Source of the DNA: Clostridiales bacterium | GTDB lineage: Bacteria; Bacteroidota; Bacteroidia; Bacteroidales; Muribaculaceae | Reading direction: 5' to 3' | Assembly (NCBI GenBank): GCA_023666645.1 | Contig: JAMPBP010000007.1 | Span: forward strand, 1-50,818 | Length of the DNA: 50,818 nucleotides | Shown here: positions 20,343-29,651 of the stretch, in pieces | Numbering within the stretch: position 1 is the first letter of the stretch | Layout: every line of letters starts with the position of its first letter | Notes under the pieces: model-generated | Seen by the model: only the letters and a program-made list of their open reading frames with translations | What the model was told of the DNA's origin: nothing | Database searches by the model: none | Position numbers and translations under genes: made by a program

Positions 20343-21044
20343 TTAATACCGCTTTCTTGCTGTATATGTCAATTCAAGAGCATTCATAAGTTTTTCTATA
20401 CGCTCTTTGTTCATATCATAATCATAGAATGCATGAGTCATATCTCGGCAGTAGTCGACTATTCTACAGTCAAGCTCGACTGCTTCGGGAATTGATGATG
20501 GTGATATATAGCGGGAGTCTGCTTCAATACTCTTCAAGCGATTGATAACATTCAGAGGGACGCTCTTTATCTGAGCTTCCATAATGACATCACTCAAAGC
20601 CCGTTTAATTGATTGCTTGCCTGCCTTTTGTACATTTTCTTTCTCATAGACGGCTCGGGTCTTTTCGTTGACCCCAAGCACGGTAAAAGCAAGAATCAAT
20701 AGAAGAAATATAAATAGACATTGTGTAAACAGCTGCCAATTAAACTCTATGCCAGCACTTATGGCTATAAATATGAACCCGATGGAAAGCAATGAATAAA
20801 TAAATGATCCTTGCCATCTGATGCCGAGCGCCGCCACCTGTTTCTGTGATTTGTCATCAAGATTGATGGGTTCCCGGAACAATGTAGCCACCCATAACCA
20901 ATAGTTTAACGATACTACGGTTAGGTCGAGCCACATCACCGCTGGATTAACAAAAAGAGTAACAGGCAACAATAAAACAAATATAGCCACTAACAGCAAC
21001 TGCCCAAATATTGCGATCGCAATGCCTATTGGTTTGATATTCAT
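20343..21044 (-). CDS. Integral membrane protein (about 4 TM helices plus a roughly 90-aa cytoplasmic C-terminal domain)
   Basis: There are hydrophobic stretches at about residues 5-28, 35-57, 82-106 and 110-135. It lies 20 bp downstream of the SPFH gene. Confidence 0.6.
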   Translation of the reverse strand: MNIKPIGIAIAIFGQLLLVAIFVLLLPVTLFVNPAVMWLDLTVVSLNYWLWVATLFREPINLDDKSQKQVAALGIRWQGSFIYSLLSIGFIFIAISAGIEFNWQLFTQCLFIFLLLILAFTVLGVNEKTRAVYEKENVQKAGKQSIKRALSDVIMEAQIKSVPLNVINRLKSIEADSRYISPSSIPEAVELDCRIVDYCRDMTHAFYDYDMNKERIEKLMNALELTYTARKRY

Positions 21045-21064
21045 GGTATTTAGATATAATTTAG

Positions 21065-22354
21065 TTACGTACGTCTATTACCACATTTTGGACAGAAGGC
21101 CGCAGTGGGAGGAAGAGGTGAGCCGCAACGGCTACATGTATTGCTCGAAATGATTACAGGCTGTCCACAACCTGGGCAAAAAGTAGAGCCTGCCGGTAAA
21201 GTCATGTTGCAGTGGGGACACTTATTGGCTGCTCCTGCAAGTTGTGTGCCGCAATTCACACATCGATGGGCCTCCTCTGGATTGTCACTGCCACAATTAG
21301 GGCAAGGGTGGTATTTATTGCCACAGTTAGGGCAAAATGCCGAGGTCGACGGGAATTTCTTTGAACAGGATGAACAATATACCATGCGTGCCGGCTGAGC
21401 CGATGGAGTGGCACCTTGCTGGAAATTCTGCGGAGCCGACTGGCCACCACCAAAAGTCGGTTGACTAAACTGCGGATTCATCATGCTACCATTGGCTGCT
21501 CCACCCGTCATATTGTTCATCATGGATATAGCAAGAAGACCACCCAGCAAATTTCCGTTTCCACCTGACCCTACGCCTCCTACCTGATTGATAGCTTGCG
21601 AGGCTGTACCAAACATCTGTTCCTGTTGCCAGGTATGTCCTGTAATTGACATTGAACTCTGCGTAGCTATGGCTTCTTTAACCTTGAGCCCCTCTGGAGT
21701 TGAAGTATCGATATCGATATCTGAAACGTAGAATTTGGGCACATCGAGGCCTATATTATTGCAAAAGTCATTAAGTTGAGCTTTAAGTGATTGGGACAAC
21801 GGGTCAAGAAACGCAGATATCTGTTTAAAACCAACACTATTCTGCATCATAAATTGAACCACTGCCGATTTTACCTTTGTTGTAAATTCTCCCTTGAATT
21901 GCTCTGTAAGATCACGCTGGGTAAATATATTCTTTGTACCCACCATCTTTATTACAAACTTCTCGGGGTCAGTGACCTTGACTCCATATTGTCCATTGAG
22001 TTCCAAAGGCAGCTGCGTTTGGTAATCCGAGTCATGGACCGACAATTTTCCTACATGCCAAGGTATATTGAATGTTTCGATGATATTCACAAACCATATT
22101 TGGGCGAAAAATGGATTCTTCCCTCCAAATGGAATTCCGAAAAAAGACCGCAATATAGGCAGATTTTCTGTATCGAGAGTATGCTTTCCAGGCCCAAATT
22201 TAGCAAGCAGCTGACCTTTTGAGAACATCAGGGCAACTTGCGACTCGTTAACTATTAACTGGGTATAAGTTGACAGATTATCATGCGGGAACTTATAAGC
22301 ATACACTACCTCAGGACCTTGCGGATTCCAAGAGACACAATCAATAATAGCCAT
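21065..22354 (-). CDS. SPFH/Band-7-like domain protein (COG4260 / YdjI-like Band_7_1 type) fused to a Gly/Gln/Asn-rich linker and four C-terminal zinc ribbons
   Basis: The N-terminus CVSWNPQGPEVVYAYKFP...LIVNESQVALMFSKGQLLAKFGPGKHTLDTENLPIL matches the YdjI-type pattern. The C-terminus has eight CxxC pairs (CSSC/CPNC, CPNC/CVNC, CPHC/CPGC, CSRC/CPKC). Confidence 0.8.
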   Translation of the reverse strand: MAIIDCVSWNPQGPEVVYAYKFPHDNLSTYTQLIVNESQVALMFSKGQLLAKFGPGKHTLDTENLPILRSFFGIPFGGKNPFFAQIWFVNIIETFNIPWHVGKLSVHDSDYQTQLPLELNGQYGVKVTDPEKFVIKMVGTKNIFTQRDLTEQFKGEFTTKVKSAVVQFMMQNSVGFKQISAFLDPLSQSLKAQLNDFCNNIGLDVPKFYVSDIDIDTSTPEGLKVKEAIATQSSMSITGHTWQQEQMFGTASQAINQVGGVGSGGNGNLLGGLLAISMMNNMTGGAANGSMMNPQFSQPTFGGGQSAPQNFQQGATPSAQPARMVYCSSCSKKFPSTSAFCPNCGNKYHPCPNCGSDNPEEAHRCVNCGTQLAGAANKCPHCNMTLPAGSTFCPGCGQPVIISSNTCSRCGSPLPPTAAFCPKCGNRRT

Positions 22355-22397
22355 AGTTGTAGATTTGAGTTATATTGCGATTTAAGGGTTACATCGG

Positions 22398-22431
22398 CAA
22401 ATATAACAATATTTTCTACAAATAAAGCAAA
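22398..22431 (-). promoter_or_regulatory. Candidate Bacteroidetes promoter for the six-gene operon
   Basis: The minus strand carries TTTG (22431-22428), a 22-nt spacer, then TAtaTTTG (22405-22398). This gives a 5' UTR of about 40 nt to the ATG at 22354. The spacer is slightly longer than the 19-21 nt consensus. Confidence 0.3.
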
Positions 22432-22659
22432 ATGGCATTAAAAATATTGTATTGACGATAATTTTAATACTTTTACTATTAAATCCTTCAAAACACGTAT
22501 CTCACGTTGAGTTGCCATATTATTTTTTGCACGAATCAGACAAGGGACAATCACAACAACCTCTTGACTTACTCTTTCGACACTTTATAAAGCTGTATAT
22601 AGTTCCCATAACTGCAATCAGTAATATTGCGATCACAATTATCCACTGAATTGCTATAC

Positions 22660-23196
22660 TCATAACAACTCGTAAATGAGTGCTTTCAATCGATCATACT
22701 CACTTTCAAAATTGGGTGTGAGTATACCTTTGCCTTTCACGGCATCTATTTCATCACCACTCCAGAATCGTGCATCGTCAATTTCATCTCTATTATATAC
22801 AGGTGAGAAATCATCAGAATCAACAATCATACAATAAGCATGTACCAATTCATGTTCACGGTCACTTCTGAAATCATAGGTGACGAGATGAAACTTTTCG
22901 TTTATCTCAATGCCGAGTTCCTCTCGGGTTTCCCTTGCCAGGGCATTCTCAACCGACTCGTTATAATCCACGTGCCCTCCCACAGCAGTGTCCCATCGTC
23001 CAGGTTGTATATCCTTGTTCATTGATCTTTTCTGCAGAAATATACGTCCGTCACAGTCGACTATGTGCAGGTGTACAACCGGGTGGAGCAACATACTGCC
23101 CGAATGGCATTCCCCACGTGTTGCCTTTCCAATAACCGTTCCATTAAGATTGACAATAGGGAATAGCTCACTGTTATATTGCTTCATTGTATCCAA
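22660..23196 (-). CDS. NUDIX hydrolase
   Basis: The Nudix box is GGHVDYNESVENALARETREELGIEI. Length is 178 aa. Confidence 0.85.
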   Translation of the reverse strand: MDTMKQYNSELFPIVNLNGTVIGKATRGECHSGSMLLHPVVHLHIVDCDGRIFLQKRSMNKDIQPGRWDTAVGGHVDYNESVENALARETREELGIEINEKFHLVTYDFRSDREHELVHAYCMIVDSDDFSPVYNRDEIDDARFWSGDEIDAVKGKGILTPNFESEYDRLKALIYELL

Positions 23197-23198
23197 TT

Positions 23199-25235
23199 CT
23201 ATTTTTTAAAGTTCTTCTTTATCTTCTCGGCAAGTTGTTTAGGTGTGGTCTCCATAGGATACTCTTCAAAAGAGAGTCTGAAGCCACAATTCTTGAAATT
23301 GCTGCAGCCAAAAGCTGTTTTCCCTCTGACAATGTGACCCTGTTTACACTCTGGACACTGTATCATCGAGTATTCGGTGATTGGGGGCTTCTTATCGCGA
23401 GGTTTGCGGGCTCGTTTTGACGATGGCTTCTCCTTCACTTTTTCACTGGTGTCGATATGCAGACATGAATTGTCGCTCAAGACATTGATTACAATCTCAT
23501 TGATTTGCACTTTTAAATCTTCGACAAACTCTGAAGCCGAATATTCGCCACGTTCTATACGTCTCAGTCTATTCTCCCAAATTCCTGTCAACTTAGGACT
23601 TTTGAGCAATTCCTGATTTATAGTCTCTATAAGGGTTATACCGGCAGCCGATGCCATGATATTCTTGCGCTGCCTATATATATAACGCCGCTTGAACAGC
23701 GTCTCAATAATTGCCGCACGAGTAGAGGGACGACCAATACCATTTTCCTTCATTGCTTCTCTCAATGCTTCATCATCTACTATTTTTCCGGCAGATTCCA
23801 TAGCACGCAACAACGTAGCTTCAGTATAATACTTTGGTGGCTGCGTCGCTTTCTTCACGAGCGATGGCTTGTGTGGGCCACTCTCTCCAACATTGAATTG
23901 AGGCAGAATATTGTTCTCACCTTCCTTGTCCTTATCGCTTTCGCTCTGTTCGGGTTGCAGCACACTTCTCCAGCCCGGGTCCGTTATCACTTTGCCTATG
24001 GTTCTGAATGGTACACCTGACGATTCTCCGCTTACCGTTGTCTGTTCAAAAAGACAGTCAGGATAAAAAGCCGCTATAAACCTCAATGCGATGAGATGAT
24101 AGAGCTGTCGCTCTTCTCCCTGAAGCACAGAAGGAGACTCACCCGTGGGAATAATAGCATGGTGATCGGTCACCTTGCTATTATCAAAGATGCGCGTCGT
24201 CTTGGTGATGGGAGCACTAAGAATAGTAGCAGTAAGATTGGCATAGGGTGTCATACGTTGCAGTATCGAAGGAATTTTGGGATGTATATCGGTACTGAGA
24301 TAAGTCGTGTCGACACGTGGGTATGTAGTCACTTTCTTTTCATAAAGTGACTGAATCCGTTTAAGGGTGTCATCGGCTGTCCAACCCCATTTCTTGTTAC
24401 ATTCGACCTGTAGCGATGTCAGGTCAAAAAGACGCGGAGCACCTTCACGACCATTCTTTTTAATGACATCGGTCACGGCAAACGGCTGCTCTTTAACGCG
24501 CGTAAGAAATTGATCGGCCTTTTCTTTTTCATTAAATCGGCCAATGGTGGAATTGAATGTTACATCACGGTATACGGTCTTCAGCTCCCAGAAATCAGCC
24601 GACTTGAATGCCTCGATTTCTTTATGCCGCGCTACTATCATTGCAAGGGTAGGAGTTTGGACGCGCCCCACTGACAGCACATTGCCTGGCGAAGAATACT
24701 TCAACGAATACAATCGGGTGGCATTCATTCCCAGTATCCAATCACCGATAGCACGTGATAGTCCTGCATGATAAAGATTGTTGAAATCCTCCTGGGGCTT
24801 AAGGGTGTTGAAACCTTCACGTATGGATTCATCAGTCAATGAGGATATCCATAAACGCTTTACGGGGCAGTTCACTCCCGCCTTTTGCATGACCCATCGC
24901 TGTATCAATTCACCCTCTTGCCCGGCATCACCACAGTTGATAACCTCATCAGCTTCCTTTACCAGGCTCTCAATTACGGCAAACTGACGTTTTATACCTG
25001 CATCATCTATAAGTTTGATTCCAAATTTGGGCGGAATCATGGGGAGCGAAGAAAGAGTCCACCTTTTCCATCGCTCGGTATAATCGTGTGGTTCCTTGAG
25101 AGTACATAAGTGGCCAAATGTCCAAGTCACACGATATTTGTCATTTTCATAAAAACCATCACGTTTGACTTTGGCACCAAGTAGATTGGCAATATCACGG
25201 GCCACACTGGGTTTCTCTGTTATACAGACTATCAC
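23199..25235 (-). CDS. topB: DNA topoisomerase III (type IA) with C-terminal zinc ribbons
   Basis: It has a Toprim N-terminus (MIVCITEKPSVARDIA), the active-site region ...GRVQTPTL..., and C-terminal CPECK...C...C motifs. Length is 678 aa. Confidence 0.9.
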   Translation of the reverse strand: MIVCITEKPSVARDIANLLGAKVKRDGFYENDKYRVTWTFGHLCTLKEPHDYTERWKRWTLSSLPMIPPKFGIKLIDDAGIKRQFAVIESLVKEADEVINCGDAGQEGELIQRWVMQKAGVNCPVKRLWISSLTDESIREGFNTLKPQEDFNNLYHAGLSRAIGDWILGMNATRLYSLKYSSPGNVLSVGRVQTPTLAMIVARHKEIEAFKSADFWELKTVYRDVTFNSTIGRFNEKEKADQFLTRVKEQPFAVTDVIKKNGREGAPRLFDLTSLQVECNKKWGWTADDTLKRIQSLYEKKVTTYPRVDTTYLSTDIHPKIPSILQRMTPYANLTATILSAPITKTTRIFDNSKVTDHHAIIPTGESPSVLQGEERQLYHLIALRFIAAFYPDCLFEQTTVSGESSGVPFRTIGKVITDPGWRSVLQPEQSESDKDKEGENNILPQFNVGESGPHKPSLVKKATQPPKYYTEATLLRAMESAGKIVDDEALREAMKENGIGRPSTRAAIIETLFKRRYIYRQRKNIMASAAGITLIETINQELLKSPKLTGIWENRLRRIERGEYSASEFVEDLKVQINEIVINVLSDNSCLHIDTSEKVKEKPSSKRARKPRDKKPPITEYSMIQCPECKQGHIVRGKTAFGCSNFKNCGFRLSFEEYPMETTPKQLAEKIKKNFKK

Positions 25236-25252
25236 TCCTTACAATATTATCG

Positions 25253-25666
25253 TTATATTTTCAATGGAGCGGAAAACACTCCATGCACAGTGTGAAATAT
25301 TATAGAATCACCTTCATTGAACTTGAGAGTGCGTTTCAGATCCACTTCTACAGGTACCGCACCATCATCTTCCCATTGGAAATAACGCTCAAAGTCAACA
25401 CCGTCTATATCGGTAGCTTTATATACATGCCGGTCAATTAAAGCGGTAACAGAATCTACGCGTGACGATGTGTGAGGAATACTCATAAGTGTGCAACTCA
25501 CCCTCGACACCCCATCGCTGTTATTGTTGTCTACTTTTTCAACAACGACTTTCATATGATGACGTGGTTGTGACGGCTTTTCAGCCGGTGAACACACCAT
25601 ACGAGGAGTTACTGCTACCGAGGTAAGGGAGATAGCAACAGACAGCATCAATGTGATGAACTTCAT
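25253..25666 (-). CDS. Hypothetical secreted protein
   Basis: It has a signal peptide (MKFITLMLSVAISLTSVAV) and overlaps the mazG stop by 4 bp. Confidence 0.45.
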   Translation of the reverse strand: MKFITLMLSVAISLTSVAVTPRMVCSPAEKPSQPRHHMKVVVEKVDNNNSDGVSRVSCTLMSIPHTSSRVDSVTALIDRHVYKATDIDGVDFERYFQWEDDGAVPVEVDLKRTLKFNEGDSIIFHTVHGVFSAPLKI

Positions 25667-26451
25667 AATAATTCTTTTTTAGCTTGATTCCACAATGTAT
25701 CGAGCTCACCGAGTGTCATATCCTTGAGCTGTCGCCCCGACTCCTTAGCTTTGCTCTCTACATAATTAAACCGCTCAATAAACTTTTTGTTCGTCCGCTC
25801 GAGTGCTGTATCAGGATGAATCTTATAGAGGCGTGCAGCATTGACAAGACTGAAGAAAAGGTCTCCCATTTCAGCTTCACGCTGATCCTGGCCCATCGAG
25901 GCTACAGCCTGCTCAAACTCAATGGTCTCTTCTTTTACCTTATCCCATACCTGTTGCGGTTCTTCCCAGTCAAAACCTACATTGGCTGCTTTCTCCTGCA
26001 CACGATAAGCCTTTATGAGTGGAGGCAGAGAGGTTGGGACTCCTGAGAGTACAGTCTTGTTTCCACCTTTCTCTTTGAGCTTTATTTGTTCCCAATTGAG
26101 TTCTACCGTGTGGGCATCGTTAACCTTCACATCACCAAAAATGTGGGGATGACGGAATATCAATTTATCGTTCAGAGCGTTGGCTACATCGGCAATATCA
26201 AATGTCCCCGTTTCTTCACCAATCTTGGCATAAAACAAAACATGCAACAATACATCACCGAGTTCTTTCTTTATATTGAGGTTATCGTTGGCCAAGAGAG
26301 CATCGGCCAACTCATAAACCTCTTCAATCGTATTGGGACGCAAAGAGTCATTGGTCTGCTTGCGGTCCCATGGACATTCTACTCTCAACCGGTCAAGCGT
26401 ATCAATGACCCGGCCAAGAGCCTCTATCTTTTCTTCCCGTGAATGAGACAT
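25663..26451 (-). CDS. mazG: MazG nucleoside triphosphate pyrophosphohydrolase
   Basis: It has EEVYELADAL and a second EE-containing helix with the MazG tandem-domain layout. Length is 262 aa. Confidence 0.9.
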   Translation of the reverse strand: MSHSREEKIEALGRVIDTLDRLRVECPWDRKQTNDSLRPNTIEEVYELADALLANDNLNIKKELGDVLLHVLFYAKIGEETGTFDIADVANALNDKLIFRHPHIFGDVKVNDAHTVELNWEQIKLKEKGGNKTVLSGVPTSLPPLIKAYRVQEKAANVGFDWEEPQQVWDKVKEETIEFEQAVASMGQDQREAEMGDLFFSLVNAARLYKIHPDTALERTNKKFIERFNYVESKAKESGRQLKDMTLGELDTLWNQAKKELL

Positions 26452-26456
26452 TGGAT

Positions 26457-28421
26457 TTACTTATTTTTGAAATTTTCTATTCCGGTGGAAAGCCATTCCA
26501 CAAATTCAGTAAGATTCTCATTGTAGCTGCGCGACGGAGCAAGCATCTCACCATTATCGCCATTGAGGATTACGTAATATGGCTGGGTATTTGCGCCAAA
26601 TTTATGACGCTGCAGATAACTCCATTTGTCACCGACCGTACGTAGCACCAATTCCCTGTCATTCTCGGTAACAGTGATAGGCTGGGGTAGATTCTGTTTA
26701 TCATCGACCATAAGTTTTATCAGGACGAAGTTTTCCTTTATCATGTCGCTCACTACCTCAGTATCGAACACAGCACCTTCCATCTTACGGCAATTCACAC
26801 AACCATAACCAGAGAAATCGACAAGTACCGGACGGTTATTCTTGGCTGCATAAGCCATGCCCTGTTCATAGTCGTCAAATTCTTCAAATTGACCACCGGT
26901 ATAGAGATTGAAATCCTGTGTATACAAAGGAGGAACAAATGCACTCACCCCCTTGAGAGGAGCGCCCCACAATCCGGGAATAAGATATACGGCAAAACTG
27001 AGTGAAATCAGCGATAGGAAAAAACGACCCACCGACAGACGTTCAACCGGTTCATCATGGCTGAAACGAATCTTGCCAAGCAGATAAATACCCAACAGGA
27101 AAAATATGACAATCCATAACGAAACAAACACTTCGCGGTCGAGGATTCCCCAACCATAAGCAAGATCGGCTACTGAAAGGAATTTGAGCGAGAGTGCAAG
27201 TTCAAGGAAACCAAGAACAACCTTGACCGAATTGAGCCAGCCACCTGAGCGAGGCATCTCTTTAAGCCATGTTGGAAAGATTGCGAAGAGAGTAAAAGGC
27301 AAAGCCAGGGCCACCGCAAAACCAGTCATTCCTATAGCTGGTCCCGAGATGTTGCCAAGAGAAGCGGCTTCTACAAGCAGTGTTCCGATTATAGGACCGG
27401 TGCATGAGAATGATACGAGAGCCAACGTAAAGGCCATGAAGAAAATACTGATCATACCTGTTGTTTTCTCCACTTTATTATCAACCCCGTTGCTCCAACG
27501 CGAAGGCAAGGTTATATTGAAAGCTCCGAAGAAAGAGATTGCAAAAACTATAAGCAAGAGGAAGAATATGAGATTGAAGACTGCATTGGTCGACAATTCA
27601 TTGAGTTTGCTGGCTCCGAAAATTACTGTAATAAGCAATCCAAGCAAAAGATAGATTACAACTATTGAGCAACCATAGATGAGAGCGTCACTTATTGCTT
27701 TGCGCTTGGGTGTGCCTTTTTTCAAGAAGAAACTTACAGTCATGGGTATCAGAGGCCATACACAAGGTGTGAGTAGAGCCAGAAGTCCACCACCAAATCC
27801 CCATATGAAGATTAGCCACCAGGGTGATGAGGATATGGGTTCGGCGGTATTTTCGTTTACTACGGGTGCCCACAAATCACTCGCTGATATATTGTTTGTA
27901 ACAGTGGAAGATACCTCTTTGTGCTCAGTCGCGACTTCAGTTGGTTCTGTTTCCGGCTGTATCGCCCCACCATTGATATTGAGTTTAAACTCATCTCTTG
28001 AAGGTGCTATACACGAGCTTCCGTTGCATGCCTGATAGGATATCGATACATTGATATTATTTGAGGTTCCATCAACGACTTTAAAATCTTGACGGAAAGC
28101 TACATCTTTATCCCAATAGCCGAGCTCCAGATGAAAAATCATATCTACCTCAACTGTTGGAGCTACATTGGGTTGAAGCTCACCCACCAACTTGATTCCG
28201 GGTGTCGATGTAAAATCAATGACTGTAGGATTTGGCCCTCCATCAGGAAGTTGAAGGGCATAGAGATGCCAGCCGTTTTCAACAGTAGCCTTTAGAGTGA
28301 CATGTCCTGTATCGTCACTGTCCATAGTGGTGGTGGCGCTCCATTTAATCGGTTCGACCATCTGAGCCGACATGACAAAAAAAGCCATGACACTCATCAA
28401 GAATGCTGTAAATCGTTTCAT
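26457..28421 (-). CDS. dsbD: DsbD-family protein-disulfide reductase (thiol:disulfide interchange protein)
   Basis: It has a signal peptide, a central membrane domain with a Cys pair (LTPCVWPLIP), and a C-terminal thioredoxin domain with YGCVNC. Confidence 0.85.
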   Translation of the reverse strand: MKRFTAFLMSVMAFFVMSAQMVEPIKWSATTTMDSDDTGHVTLKATVENGWHLYALQLPDGGPNPTVIDFTSTPGIKLVGELQPNVAPTVEVDMIFHLELGYWDKDVAFRQDFKVVDGTSNNINVSISYQACNGSSCIAPSRDEFKLNINGGAIQPETEPTEVATEHKEVSSTVTNNISASDLWAPVVNENTAEPISSSPWWLIFIWGFGGGLLALLTPCVWPLIPMTVSFFLKKGTPKRKAISDALIYGCSIVVIYLLLGLLITVIFGASKLNELSTNAVFNLIFFLLLIVFAISFFGAFNITLPSRWSNGVDNKVEKTTGMISIFFMAFTLALVSFSCTGPIIGTLLVEAASLGNISGPAIGMTGFAVALALPFTLFAIFPTWLKEMPRSGGWLNSVKVVLGFLELALSLKFLSVADLAYGWGILDREVFVSLWIVIFFLLGIYLLGKIRFSHDEPVERLSVGRFFLSLISLSFAVYLIPGLWGAPLKGVSAFVPPLYTQDFNLYTGGQFEEFDDYEQGMAYAAKNNRPVLVDFSGYGCVNCRKMEGAVFDTEVVSDMIKENFVLIKLMVDDKQNLPQPITVTENDRELVLRTVGDKWSYLQRHKFGANTQPYYVILNGDNGEMLAPSRSYNENLTEFVEWLSTGIENFKNK

Positions 28422-28661
28422 ATCAGATAATTATTTATTTTTATTCGAAATGTTATGGAGTTTCAAACTACAAATTTACATCTATTTTATTTAACATTCA
28501 ATCTCCTCTTGAGTTTTTTCACCAAGGTAATCGGTTTTTGCAAATAATCAGGACTACATGTTAAGATTCCACTGTAGCTGACGCTTAGATAGCACCTTTG
28601 GCAAGATTATCAAAGTCATACCATAGGACTTGATGTTTGCATATTCTCACGTTTTTTATGT

Positions 28662-28672
28662 ACCTTTGCACG
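28662..28672 (+). promoter_or_regulatory. -7 promoter element TAccTTTGcac upstream of the exonuclease gene
   Basis: The same 11-mer, gtacctttgcac, occurs upstream of the ABC-F gene at 125-136. It lies about 15 nt before the ATG. Confidence 0.35.
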
Positions 28673-28685
28673 TCCAATCAGTACA

Positions 28686-29651
28686 ATGTCTACGATGAGT
28701 ATTTCAAATCAATTTATTTGTTTCGATACAGAATCAGCCCAAGGCCGATTCGATGGTCAAAATATAGAGGAGTTGATAGAGCTTTCAATTATGAATGCAG
28801 CCCATCAAGAGGTATTTTACCATCGATTCAAGCCCTCAAAGCTCACAAATTGGGATACTAAAATTCACCATATCAACCCATCGATGGTAGCCAAATCCCC
28901 TGAATTCAGCACATATCGTTCTCGAGTTCAAAATATCATCGACAATGCCAGCCATATAATAGGATTTTCACTCATTGACGATTTCAAGGCTATGTCGAAA
29001 GCTGGCATCCATGGTCTTGAAGATAAAAAGCGCATCGAGCTGAGACATCTGTATTGGTATTGTGTAGCACGACACAATAATATCCCTTTTTACTCTGGTC
29101 CCGGACTCAGCGCATGCGCCCGCGACCTCGGTGTTGAGATCAATGAGGAAGCTGTACACTCGGCCAATGGCGATACGCTGGTAACACTTAATCTTTTCTT
29201 CGCCCTTATCAAATTATTTGCCAAGCAAGAAGAGATAGAGATACTCCCTGACAAAGACTCTCCTGAGTTCATCTCACTGATGGAACTTATTCAAAAAAGA
29301 ATAAGAGAAGCCAAATATGACTACGACCGTTCACAGGCTGCGGGATATGTTCATCTGGTGCCCCAGAGCGAGGGTGGAATACGATTCATTTCGTCAAAAA
29401 ATGCAGAACGACCTGAAGGCGATTCAATGTTGACCATATCAGTCAAAGCTCGCCGTCGCGCTGAATATGAACTTGAGAAAATATTCAACCGGCGTCGCAT
29501 CGCCAATACAAAATGCTTCAAACTCAACGACCAAGACCTTGAGAAGGTGAGAAATTACACCAATGAATATGACGGACAGGAACAGATGTATCAAAAACTT
29601 CTTGGATTGCAGCGTGCCAACGTCATTGTTTTGAAAAAAAACAAACGATGA
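28686..29651 (+). CDS. DEDDh (DnaQ-like) 3'-5' exonuclease with a roughly 140-aa C-terminal extension
   Basis: Motif I is FDTES, motif II is the GFSLIDDF region, and motif III is HSANGDT. Its stop overlaps the MATE start by 4 bp. Confidence 0.65.
   Translation: MSTMSISNQFICFDTESAQGRFDGQNIEELIELSIMNAAHQEVFYHRFKPSKLTNWDTKIHHINPSMVAKSPEFSTYRSRVQNIIDNASHIIGFSLIDDFKAMSKAGIHGLEDKKRIELRHLYWYCVARHNNIPFYSGPGLSACARDLGVEINEEAVHSANGDTLVTLNLFFALIKLFAKQEEIEILPDKDSPEFISLMELIQKRIREAKYDYDRSQAAGYVHLVPQSEGGIRFISSKNAERPEGDSMLTISVKARRRAEYELEKIFNRRRIANTKCFKLNDQDLEKVRNYTNEYDGQEQMYQKLLGLQRANVIVLKKNKR

Noticed and set aside
22452-22649. 65-aa ORF in the promoter region upstream of the six-gene operon
   Set aside because: It lies in AT-rich promoter DNA and has an Ile/Leu-rich low-complexity translation. 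It occupies the region more plausibly holding the operon promoter.
23199-25235. Topoisomerase III as a marker of a Bacteroides conjugative transposon (Exc-like)
   Set aside because: No integrase, tra/mob genes, relaxase, TetQ/Erm cargo or att-like repeats lie nearby. The neighbours are housekeeping genes (NUDIX, MazG, DsbD) packed in one operon.
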